A stretch of 54,247 nt of DNA from an uncultured virus (IMG/VR IMGVR_UViG_3300005918_000015) (lineage: Duplodnaviria; Heunggongvirae; Uroviricota; Caudoviricetes). The stretch is from IMG/VR virus record IMGVR_UViG_3300005918_000015; one strand, written 5' to 3'. The notes below the pieces were generated by a model. That model saw only the letters and a program-made list of their open reading frames with translations, did not search any database and was not told where the DNA came from. The position numbers were made by a program, and so were the translations under genes. Numbering within the stretch: the first letter of the stretch is position 1; every line of letters starts with the position of its first letter. Positions 16,985-25,752 of the stretch are shown one piece after another.

Positions 16985-17014
16985 GGCTTAGTTTTCGTTT
17001 CCCGTGGGTTGTTG
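16985..17014 (+). promoter_or_regulatory. bipartite repeated motif copy 9 (upstream of cas operon)
   Basis: GGCTTAGTTT-TCGTTTCCCG-TGGGTTGTTG. Confidence 0.8.
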
Positions 17015-17049
17015 ATGTAAGAATGATGGTCTTAACTATACGGAGACAA

Positions 17050-17070
17050 ATATTACTCTTAGAGTAATAT
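17050..17070. promoter_or_regulatory. 21-bp perfect palindrome, candidate operator upstream of cas3
   Basis: ATATTACTCT-T-AGAGTAATAT, 8 bp before cas3 ATG. Confidence 0.5.
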
Positions 17071-17078
17071 AAAAAATA

Positions 17079-19886
17079 ATGGATAAATATCTTCAACTCA
17101 CTCAAAACATTGCAGTTTTGTCTGGTCTGTTTCATGACTGGATTAAAGCCTCGGAGTTTTTTATAACAAAACTCCGAAAAAACGAAATTGTCCAAGACCC
17201 TCTAAGACATGATTGGCTATCTGCCGTGTTTTTTTCTTCTATAGTTGGGAAACAATCCGACCTTGAATGGCTTCAACAACTTATTGATGGGAATATCCCA
17301 TCAGAATTTAAAATACCTGACAACCCATTAGAAAATCTCCCAGACACAGCTGCCGTTATATTTTGGTTAATTTTAACGCATCACAGATTACCGATAATTG
17401 ATCGATATAGAGGAAAAAACTGTGGGGATTTTCGGAATCTTTTTAAGTTTATTTCGGCTGAGTGGGGATACCAACATCTTAAAACCCAAGGCTTAGAGAA
17501 ATGTTTTAAATTCCCTAAAGGATTACCAGACCATTCCCCTATTTTAGTACAACACATCCAGAAAGCAGCTCAGGATTTATATAATTCTATAGGTACGCTG
17601 GAGGAAGTAATCCAAAAAAGAAATCTTCGTACAATCCTGACTCAAGCTCGTATGGCTCTCATGTTAGCGGATCATTTCCATTCGTCCCAAGATGCTGACC
17701 CAAACTGGCCGAAGACATATCCTGTTTTTGCTAATACGTACCGAGACACTGGTAAATTAAAGCAACGGCTTGATGAACACCTTGTCGGAGTAGCTAATCA
17801 GGCAGCCTTCAATGTGAAATTTCTGCATGAGCTTGTGGACATTAATCACAAACACCAAGCCTACCCGTCACTCGTTATTAAAAGCCCCGCTGAATTTCAA
17901 TGGCAAGAAGATGCTGTCACAGTTATCCGAAACCAGTATCAAAAAGGAGGCTTTTTTGGGGTCAGTATTGCCAGTACAGGAACAGGTAAAACATTAGGTA
18001 ATGCTAAAATTATGCAAGCTCTATCGAAAGACGGGAAAGGACTTCATTATACATCAGCCCTTGGACTCCGAACCTTAACCCTACAAACTGGATTGGAATA
18101 CCGTGACCGGATTGGATTAACGGATAAAGATATGGCCGTTCTGATTGGTTCTACTGACAACCTGAATCCATTCTATGCAGGTTCAGAATCTGAAGACTGT
18201 TTATTAGATAATGAATTGATTGGGGGCTTGGCAGAAGCAGGGTTATCCCCAGTATTACGAGATGAAAAGAGCTGTCGGTTTTTCCACACTCCTGTGGTGG
18301 TTTGTACTATTGACCATCTAGTTGGGGCTACGGAAACTAGAAAGGGTGGCCGGTATATCCTACCTCTCCTTCGATTGATGTCTTCTGACCTAGTTATTGA
18401 TGAAATAGATAATTTCTCAAATGGAGACTCCGTTGTTATTGGCCATTTAATCCATCTTGCTGGGATGTTAGGAAGAAAAGTCCTCATTTCCTCAGCCACA
18501 ATTCCTCCTGATATGGCAGAAGGGTATTTTAATGCTTATCAGGCCGGTTGGGAAGAATTTTGTAAAAACCAATCTGAAAACCCTGCTGTTAGTTGTTTCT
18601 GGACAGATGAGTTTGGAGCAACACTTGAATCTGTGGAGACCCTGACTGAGTATCGGAAATACCATCAAGAATTTGTTGAACAGCGTGTCATAGAATTAGC
18701 TAAGAAACCAATCAGACACCGAGTTAATATAGGGGAAATCCAACCTGTTAAAAATGAAAGCCGTAAAAAAACAAAAAACAGATTTTTTAAATCCATGACA
18801 GATTGTTGTTTCGAATTACACAAGGACAATTACACTAAAGATGCCAAAACAGGTAAATTAGTGAGTATTGGTGTTATCAGAGTCAATACTATAAATACTT
18901 GTGTATCACTTACAAAACATCTCTTGAAAACCAAACTTCCACCTAATATCGATATCCGAACAATGGCCTACCACAGCCAACAAGTTATGGCCTTGCGTAA
19001 TGTTCAGGAGACTCATTTAGATAACGTGTTGAAAAGACACAAAGGTTCTCAAGCAATTTTTGATAACCCCATCATTAGAGAGCATGTAGATAATAGCTCG
19101 GCTGATCATGTGATATTTATTCTTGTAGCTACTTCAATCGAAGAAGTTGGTAGAGATCATGATTTTGATTGGGGTGTAATCGAACCATCCTCATTTCGGG
19201 CAATTATTCAGCTAATAGGACGTATATTACGACATAGGATGAAAAATGTTACACAACCTAATGTAACGATTATGCAGTATAACTTAAAAGGCTTGCTTGG
19301 AGACCGACTCCCTTTCAAACTCCCAGGCTATGAATCTACTCAGCATGTTTTCAATTCTCATGATATTACTAACCTCATTGATAAGGAGACTATCTGTGAA
19401 GGTTTGAATGCTACACCAAGAATTACCAAGAACACCCCCTTAGACCCCCAAAACAAGCTGGTAGACCTCGAACACACAATCACTCATGAAACCCTATCTG
19501 ATTACACCCAACAAGGGCCAGAGAGTCTTGCAGGCTGGGTTAAGACGTTTTGGTGGATGACTGCCACACCTCAAAAAATGAATAAGTTTCGGTCAGATTA
19601 TCCCTGCCTTCGAGTCTTCTTGATCCCCACGGATGATGGTCCTGTTTTTTTTGAAAAAACAAAAAGACATGGGATTCGAAAAATCGAATCCTTGTATGGA
19701 GTTAGGGTAAACAAGTCTGATGATGAAATGCCTTTGAAAAGATTATGGCTTCATAGAGATTTTGAAACTATTATTGATGGTTTGGACCTTATGATACACG
19801 GAGAAATCAACCTACCAACGTATGGTAAGGATAAAAATGAAATTCGTTATGAGTATTCTGACCAGTTTGGGTTAATTGCAAAATAG
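17079..19886 (+). CDS. cas3: type I-F Cas3 HD nuclease-helicase lacking N-terminal Cas2 domain
   Basis: LFHDW.KAS, LRH.W, THHRLP, LADH, KQRLDEHL, ASTGTGKT, ALGLRTLTLQTG, IDEID, SSAT, EVGRDHDFDW, IQL.GR..RHR. Confidence 0.95.
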   Translation: MDKYLQLTQNIAVLSGLFHDWIKASEFFITKLRKNEIVQDPLRHDWLSAVFFSSIVGKQSDLEWLQQLIDGNIPSEFKIPDNPLENLPDTAAVIFWLILTHHRLPIIDRYRGKNCGDFRNLFKFISAEWGYQHLKTQGLEKCFKFPKGLPDHSPILVQHIQKAAQDLYNSIGTLEEVIQKRNLRTILTQARMALMLADHFHSSQDADPNWPKTYPVFANTYRDTGKLKQRLDEHLVGVANQAAFNVKFLHELVDINHKHQAYPSLVIKSPAEFQWQEDAVTVIRNQYQKGGFFGVSIASTGTGKTLGNAKIMQALSKDGKGLHYTSALGLRTLTLQTGLEYRDRIGLTDKDMAVLIGSTDNLNPFYAGSESEDCLLDNELIGGLAEAGLSPVLRDEKSCRFFHTPVVVCTIDHLVGATETRKGGRYILPLLRLMSSDLVIDEIDNFSNGDSVVIGHLIHLAGMLGRKVLISSATIPPDMAEGYFNAYQAGWEEFCKNQSENPAVSCFWTDEFGATLESVETLTEYRKYHQEFVEQRVIELAKKPIRHRVNIGEIQPVKNESRKKTKNRFFKSMTDCCFELHKDNYTKDAKTGKLVSIGVIRVNTINTCVSLTKHLLKTKLPPNIDIRTMAYHSQQVMALRNVQETHLDNVLKRHKGSQAIFDNPIIREHVDNSSADHVIFILVATSIEEVGRDHDFDWGVIEPSSFRAIIQLIGRILRHRMKNVTQPNVTIMQYNLKGLLGDRLPFKLPGYESTQHVFNSHDITNLIDKETICEGLNATPRITKNTPLDPQNKLVDLEHTITHETLSDYTQQGPESLAGWVKTFWWMTATPQKMNKFRSDYPCLRVFLIPTDDGPVFFEKTKRHGIRKIESLYGVRVNKSDDEMPLKRLWLHRDFETIIDGLDLMIHGEINLPTYGKDKNEIRYEYSDQFGLIAK

Positions 19887-19899
19887 AAAGGATTTGAAA

Positions 19900-21135
19900 A
19901 TGGATATTGAAATCCAGAAGTTTTTTGATGAACGTATCAAGAAAAAAATTAAGCATGGAAGTCAAAATATACCTGATGAACAGATGCCTGATTTTGAGAA
20001 CAAAATCAGGGAGAATTTTGTTTTGGAAACGTGGTTGCCAATAGCTGCGGAAAAAGCAAAATTCGTTACTCTCCGAACCCACTCAGGGAAAATGACTCAC
20101 CCTAGTGCCCGGACATCTTCGTTCGTAGCCAAGAAACCCCAAGAAAATGATGGTTATCTTCGAACAGGGAATGTTTCTGTAGAAACAGATATGTGTGGAG
20201 GTGGGGCAGCCAGCCTAATCTATTATGCCTTCATGAACCTCAAGCTGACTGATGGGCAAACCATTTTAAGCCACCTACAAAAGTCTACTGACTATATCAA
20301 ACAGCAATTCGATATCCCTACAATGTCGTTCGATGACATCCAAAAAGGTTTTCTGGCTGTTTTTGATGAAACAGATGAAGACATTTATACTGATGGTTTA
20401 CTCCGAGAAGTATTTTTCCCAGTTGACGATGGTTATCATCTTCTGTCCATTACGAGCCCTTCTGGGATCATTTTTGCCCAAACTGACAAAATTGATAAAA
20501 TCCGTTTCTCAGAAGAAACTAAAGAAATCCGAAAACTTAAACGGCAGGGAAAACCGTCAGATAAAGGTTTTACCGAATTTTTTGACCTGACCATTGCCAA
20601 CTATGGAGGTTCTCAACCTCAGAACATCGGAGCTCTCAACAGCAAGTACAAAAAAGTATACTTGTTATCAGCTTCCCCACCTCAGTTTAAAAAACGGAAA
20701 ACCAAGCTACCCAAAACGAACTTTATGTCTATTCTGTGGGTAAAAGGCTTTCAGAGGTCTTTCCAGAAATTTCATACTCAGATAGCTATTAAAAAACAAA
20801 ACCAACATAGCCGTCTCCGACGTGATAACCATATTCGGTTCATTGTGGACCAAATCTCTAAACAGATGTGGGCAGTTCGACAGACTGAGCCTGGATGGTC
20901 TAATTCAGATACCTATAGATCATTGCCCAGACATCAAAAAATCTGGTTGGATCAACAGTATGCTGGCAACCGCTATGACAATCCCGATTGGATGGGCAAA
21001 GTAATTGCTGATATTAGCAGATGGTTCATCAACTCTTATAACACCCTGCTCGGTTCTGATGCAGAGTTGCTTGACGATACTGATTTGAGACATGTGGAAA
21101 CTATCATTCAAGAATGTGAGGAGGCCATCCGATGA
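19900..21135 (+). CDS. csy1: type I-F Csy1 (Cas8f)
   Basis: WL..AA..A, TH..K.THP, DGYLRTGN, VFFPV...YHLLS, YGGSQPQNI..LN; position after cas3. Confidence 0.93.
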   Translation: MDIEIQKFFDERIKKKIKHGSQNIPDEQMPDFENKIRENFVLETWLPIAAEKAKFVTLRTHSGKMTHPSARTSSFVAKKPQENDGYLRTGNVSVETDMCGGGAASLIYYAFMNLKLTDGQTILSHLQKSTDYIKQQFDIPTMSFDDIQKGFLAVFDETDEDIYTDGLLREVFFPVDDGYHLLSITSPSGIIFAQTDKIDKIRFSEETKEIRKLKRQGKPSDKGFTEFFDLTIANYGGSQPQNIGALNSKYKKVYLLSASPPQFKKRKTKLPKTNFMSILWVKGFQRSFQKFHTQIAIKKQNQHSRLRRDNHIRFIVDQISKQMWAVRQTEPGWSNSDTYRSLPRHQKIWLDQQYAGNRYDNPDWMGKVIADISRWFINSYNTLLGSDAELLDDTDLRHVETIIQECEEAIR

Positions 21136-22025
21136 AAGACATTTTACTGATACCAAAGATACAAGCTGAAAGTGCCAATGCTCATTCCAGTCCATACTCC
21201 GGCGGATTTCCTGCTATGACGGCTTGGATGGGTTTTGCTCATTTGCTTGAAAGAAAACTTCAACAGACTTCTTATGCAGGGATCAAGTTTAAAAGTGTTG
21301 GGGTGGTGAGTCATGATTTTACTTTGAGAAATTTTAAGCACCCCAAGGATTTCTGTTCCGCTATTATTGGCAGACGTTTACCCCCTCAAAACCCTAGTCA
21401 AAAAGGGGCACCTCTGATTCCCGACTTAACCTGTGACCTAACGGTTTCTATAGTGTTGGAATGTTCAGGGATGGGGATGATAGATCATGAAGATTTCACC
21501 AACACTATTAGGAAAATCATTTATAGTCTTAAATTGGCTAGTGGTGATATTGTAAACCTCCAAAAACCAGAAGTTCTCACCGTCCATGATGAGAAAAGCC
21601 AAAAAACCCTGCTCCGTCGGCTTATGCCAGGTAACTGTCTGATTGAACGTCGGGATCTGATACAGAAAGCTATGGAAAACGGCCAAGATGCCCTTGAAGC
21701 TGTTCTTTCTCATACTTGTATAGAACACTCATATAATGAGGTAACAGATAAGTGGGAAAGTAAACGGAAAACATCAGGTTGGCTGGTTCCAATTACTACA
21801 GGTTATCAAGGACTCACTAAATTGGGTCCTGCTGAAAACACACGAGATGCAAACGATACCCCACACCGATTTGCTGAAGCTATTGTAACATTATGTGAAT
21901 TTATCATGCCATATAAAATTGTCGAACTTGATAACATGCTATGGCACTATCATTCTGATATGAACAAAGACCTTTATCTTTGTCAACAGAATAAACCTAC
22001 ATACTCAGGAGAAAACTATGTCTAA
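21132..22025 (+). CDS. csy2: type I-F Csy2 (Cas5f)
   Basis: ANA.SSPY..GFPAMTAW.GF.H.LER; GWLVP...GYQ; H.FAE. Confidence 0.94.
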   Translation: MKDILLIPKIQAESANAHSSPYSGGFPAMTAWMGFAHLLERKLQQTSYAGIKFKSVGVVSHDFTLRNFKHPKDFCSAIIGRRLPPQNPSQKGAPLIPDLTCDLTVSIVLECSGMGMIDHEDFTNTIRKIIYSLKLASGDIVNLQKPEVLTVHDEKSQKTLLRRLMPGNCLIERRDLIQKAMENGQDALEAVLSHTCIEHSYNEVTDKWESKRKTSGWLVPITTGYQGLTKLGPAENTRDANDTPHRFAEAIVTLCEFIMPYKIVELDNMLWHYHSDMNKDLYLCQQNKPTYSGENYV

Positions 22026-23049
22026 AGTCAAAATCCCCGGGAATTTGTCATTCCGCAAGCGTTTAGAACCCTCAAAAGGAATCCTTTTTGGAACTTCCTG
22101 GGACAAACGCCGAGAAATTTGTGTCCCTTTAACCAATGAACTTATCACTGTCAGAGGTGGTAAAACTCACCACCAAAATTTCCCTGACAATCGTGAGAAA
22201 GGTGAGTCTGAGTTGGGTGATGCCAACATCCACACTCTTGATTCCTGTTTGTTGTCCAAGGATCACGATACCGTGCGTTTAACTTACACCTTGAAAGTTC
22301 TCAACGGTGTTGCCGGTATGGAAAGCTGTAATGACAAAGAATTCCTTAACCTGTTCGAGGAATGCTTAAAAGAAAAACTGGATACTGTTGGAGTGAAAGT
22401 TCTGGCCCATCGTTATGCCACCAACATTGCCAATGGTCGTCCTTTGTGGAAAAACCGTGAAGCTACCCATATTGAAACGGTCGTTCGTTGCCGTGGCAGT
22501 GAGACAGAGTGGGTTTTTGACGGTAAAGAAATCCCATTGCATACTTTCGATTATGAAAGTTCTGCATTGACAGGGCTAACTCAAGTCATTGAAGATGCTT
22601 TGTTAGGTAACACTGACCTTATCATTCTGGAAGTGTCCTCATACGCTTTGGTCGGTCAAGGTCAGCCGGTATTCCCCAGTCAAGAATTCATTCAGGATCA
22701 AGGGAATGGTTTCAGCTCGAAGAAAGACGGGAAGAAAAGCAAAGTTTTATACTTCCCCGAAGATGTAGCCGGCCTGCACCCGCAAAAAATCGGTAATGCC
22801 ATCCGTACTATTGATTCATGGTATGGAGACGGTGTCTCTCCGATTGCTGTGGAACCTTACGGTGCCCAGCCTACTTTCAATACCCATCACCGTAGCCCTT
22901 ACGAACAAAAGGACTTTTATTCCATGTTGGTGAAATTTGTGAACAAGGAAGAATTGACCGAATCCGAAGTTCATTACTTCATGGCCATGCTGGTCAAAGG
23001 TGGTGTGTTTGGTGCAGCCAAATCCAAGCCTAAACCCAAATCCAAGTAG
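22018..23049 (+). CDS. csy3: type I-F Csy3 (Cas7f)
   Basis: LSF.K.L.PS, RYA.NIANGR.LW.NR, VFPSQE, H.QKIGNAIRTID.WY, IAVEPYG, L.KGGVFG. Confidence 0.96.
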   Translation: MSKVKIPGNLSFRKRLEPSKGILFGTSWDKRREICVPLTNELITVRGGKTHHQNFPDNREKGESELGDANIHTLDSCLLSKDHDTVRLTYTLKVLNGVAGMESCNDKEFLNLFEECLKEKLDTVGVKVLAHRYATNIANGRPLWKNREATHIETVVRCRGSETEWVFDGKEIPLHTFDYESSALTGLTQVIEDALLGNTDLIILEVSSYALVGQGQPVFPSQEFIQDQGNGFSSKKDGKKSKVLYFPEDVAGLHPQKIGNAIRTIDSWYGDGVSPIAVEPYGAQPTFNTHHRSPYEQKDFYSMLVKFVNKEELTESEVHYFMAMLVKGGVFGAAKSKPKPKSK

Positions 23050-23061
23050 GAGAAAAAGAAC

Positions 23062-23631
23062 ATGAAATACTACCAAGAAATTACGTTGATCCCTGACCCT
23101 GTTGGGATGCCCCTGAGTTATTTACAGCAACGTCTGTTCTATCAGGTTCATGCAGCCTTGGCTCGTGAACCTGGGGATAATTCCGTGGGTATATCTTTCC
23201 CTGATTACGATGGGGAAGGATGCCAACTGGGAAATAAAATAAGGTTGTTAGCTCCGACTGAGGATATTTTAAAAAACCTTCAACTTCGACACCTACTTCT
23301 CAGGTTAAGTGATTATTCTCATTTGTCAGATATCCGACAGGTGCCTGAGAAAATTGAAAGCTATGCTTTTTTTCGTCGGGTTCAACCGAAAACCAGCCTT
23401 GGCAGCATAGCTCGTCGAAAAGCTAGACGTGAAGGGATTACAGTTGATGAAGCCTTGAATCTTTTAGGACCACCTAAAAAAACACCCAAACTCCCCGCTG
23501 TTTCAATGGAGAGTAAAAGTTCAGGTCAACAATATCCTTTGTTTGTTTCCCGAGTTTTATCTGATGAGCCAGCTACGGGGTCATACAGTACGTATGGATT
23601 GAGTTCCACAGGTACTGTACCTTTATTTTAA
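23062..23631 (+). CDS. csy4: type I-F Csy4 (Cas6f) crRNA endoribonuclease
   Basis: YQEITLIP, VH.AL, GISFPDY, LG.KIR, ARRKARR helix, S.SSGQ, YGLS...TVPLF. Confidence 0.96.
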   Translation: MKYYQEITLIPDPVGMPLSYLQQRLFYQVHAALAREPGDNSVGISFPDYDGEGCQLGNKIRLLAPTEDILKNLQLRHLLLRLSDYSHLSDIRQVPEKIESYAFFRRVQPKTSLGSIARRKARREGITVDEALNLLGPPKKTPKLPAVSMESKSSGQQYPLFVSRVLSDEPATGSYSTYGLSSTGTVPLF

Positions 23632-23637
23632 TCAAAA

Positions 23638-23680
23638 CAAAAAACCTAAGTGGTTATGGCTACTTAGGTTTTTTGCTTTT
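23638..23680 (+). terminator. rho-independent terminator after csy4
   Basis: CAAAAAACCTAAGTGG…CTACTTAGGTTTTTTG inverted repeat with T tail. Confidence 0.75.
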
Positions 23681-23749
23681 AACATTGGTAAAAACATGTA
23701 ATCATGTATAGGTCTTTGAAAACTCAATAGTTTTATGATTTATGCTCCT
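23681..23749 (+). promoter_or_regulatory. CRISPR leader
   Basis: AT-rich non-coding segment next to the least-degenerate repeats; imperfect IHF-like ACTCAATAGTTTT at 23722-23734. Confidence 0.65.
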
Positions 23750-25684
23750 GTGAACTGCCGAGTAGGCAGCTTAGAATAACAGTTTGTACCGGTATTGTTT
23801 GGCAGATGTGTGAACTGCCGAGTAGGCAGCTTAGAATCTGCTCTGGAAATTTTGAGTATCCATACTGCCGTGAACTGCCGAGTAGGCAGCTTAGAATTGT
23901 TTGATTTTCTGACTCATTCCACCGAACGGGTGAACTGCCGAGTAGGCAGCTTAGAATTGTTTTGTCGAACCGACATTGATTTTTGAAAAGTGAACTGCCG
24001 AGTAGGCAGCTTAGAATTGGAGGTCAGAAAGGAAACGGTAACTATGTCTAGTTAACTGCCGAGTAGGCAGCTTAGAATTCAGACAATAATTCAAGAAAGT
24101 ATCAATTAAAGTGAACTGCCGAGTAGGCAGCTTAGAATTGGAAAACCATAGAATCAGAGAAGCTGGATTCGTGAACTGCCGAGTAGGCAGCTTAGAATAC
24201 ATGTGTCGTAACCGTGTTCACGAAAAATTCGTGAACTGCCGAATAGGCAGCTTAGAATGGGTAACGATGACGTTGGAAAATGTAGACAGAGGTACACTGC
24301 CGAACAGGCAGCTTAGAATGACAGGTCGCATCGTGAATTTCTGGATCTGAAGTTAACTGCCGAGTAGGCAGCTTAGAATATTGATATTGATGCTAATAAC
24401 GGCAGTGATGAGTGAACTGCTGAATAAGCAGCTTAGAATACAAGTCACAATATTGGATTAGCAAGCACATAGTTAACTGCCGAATAGGTAGTTTAGAATT
24501 TGCTTTTTTGTGACTGTACCTAGAACCTGTGGTTAACTGCCGAGTAGGCAGCTTAGAATCGAAGAACACGTCGGATCTCCCTGAAAATATCGTGAACTGC
24601 CGAACAGGCAGCTTAGAATAGTTCATCACACAAGGCCATTAGCTCGTCCACCGTTAACTGCTGAACAGGTAGTTTAGAATACAGGGAATCTGCGGACTTT
24701 GCCAACCTTGATGTAAACTGCCGAATAGGCAGCTTAGAATTGGTCAACCGAACTACACAAAATGTCTTTTGCATGAACTGCCGAGTAGGTAGTTTAGAAT
24801 TGTCCTGAAATGCCTGTTGTCACAAATGAGATGTTAACTGCCGAATAGGCAGTTTAGAATTATGTGGGATCAAAGCTCTCCCAAGGGTGGGTGTTAACTG
24901 CCGAGCAGGCAGCTTAGAATCATGTATAAGTTGCTCTCAATCCACAATTTAGGTGAACTGCTGGATAAGTAGTTTAGAATAATTTAATCAGGTCATTCAT
25001 AACGGCCATTTTAGTTAACTGCCGAATAGGCAGCTTAGAATTCTTGTTGGATGCAAGTGTCTTATCAACATTTGTTAACTGCCGAATAGGCAGCTTAGAA
25101 TTGAGACAGATCCCAAAGCTGAAATCGAATCCAGTGAACTGCCGAACAGGCAGCTTAGAATAAGGAACAGAAGCAGCTAGTTCAATTGGTACTGTTAACT
25201 GCCGAACAGACAGCTTAGAATGAAATTCCTTCATCCACATATTCGGCAACTATGTGAACTGCCGAACAGGTAGTTTAGAATTTTATGGAACTCACTACGA
25301 CCGCCAGACCGGATCGTGAGCTGCCGAATAGGTAGTTTAGAATCTATTGACACCAAAGCAGATTGAATCCGCGGGAACTGCCGAATAGGCAGCTTAGAAT
25401 GATGAAACTCTATGACGAGGAACGAGTGGAGGGTGAACTGCTGAATAAGCAGCTTAGAATACAATCGAATCAATGCCGTCTAAAAGCTCCGCAGGAACTG
25501 CTGGATAAGCAGCTTAGAGTTCGTATGGAGTAACCGTGAAAAACTGCCGGACAGGTAGTTTAGAATTTAGAAATAAGGGTGTGGCATTGAAGCCGAGTGA
25601 AAACTGCCGAATAGGCAGCTTAGAATAAGCACATCAGCTATGTTAAACCGCACTGCGTGAACTGCTGAATAAGTAGCTTAGCTT
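23750..25684 (+). CRISPR. type I-F CRISPR array, 33 repeats / 32 spacers
   Basis: 28-bp repeat GTGAACTGCCGAGTAGGCAGCTTAGAAT with CTGCC/GGCAG hairpin; spacers mostly 32-33 bp; repeats degenerate toward the 3' end. Confidence 0.99.
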
Positions 25685-25709
25685 AGTTTCCAAAAGTTGT
25701 GGGTTGTTG
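25680..25709 (+). promoter_or_regulatory. bipartite repeated motif copy 10 (overlaps last CRISPR repeat)
   Basis: AGCTTAGTTT-CCAAAAGTTG-TGGGTTGTTG. Confidence 0.8.
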
Positions 25710-25752
25710 GGGTAGAAGTAATTAACAATCTTAACCTATTTGGAGATAGAAC

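Noticed and set aside
17079..23631. Tn7-associated (I-F3 CAST) system
   Set aside because: Cas3 is present, Cas8 and Cas5 are separate, and no tnsABC/tniQ is seen
23898..23929. Spacer 3 reverse complement gives PFGGMSQKIK, reminiscent of HsdM NPPFGG
   Set aside because: Only four matching residues and other open frames are equally plausible
23795..25473. Short ORFs on both strands within the CRISPR array
   Set aside because: Artefacts of the 60-bp periodicity (repeated VNCRVGSLE / SKLPIRQ)
25627..25656. Spacer 32 reverse complement encodes AVRFNI, also present in LigA near 8757-8774
   Set aside because: Nucleotides differ at most wobble positions and the match stops after six codons; not a self-target
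23778..25656. Self-targeting spacers within this window
   Set aside because: None found by eye; an exhaustive alignment was not possible, so this is not proof of absence
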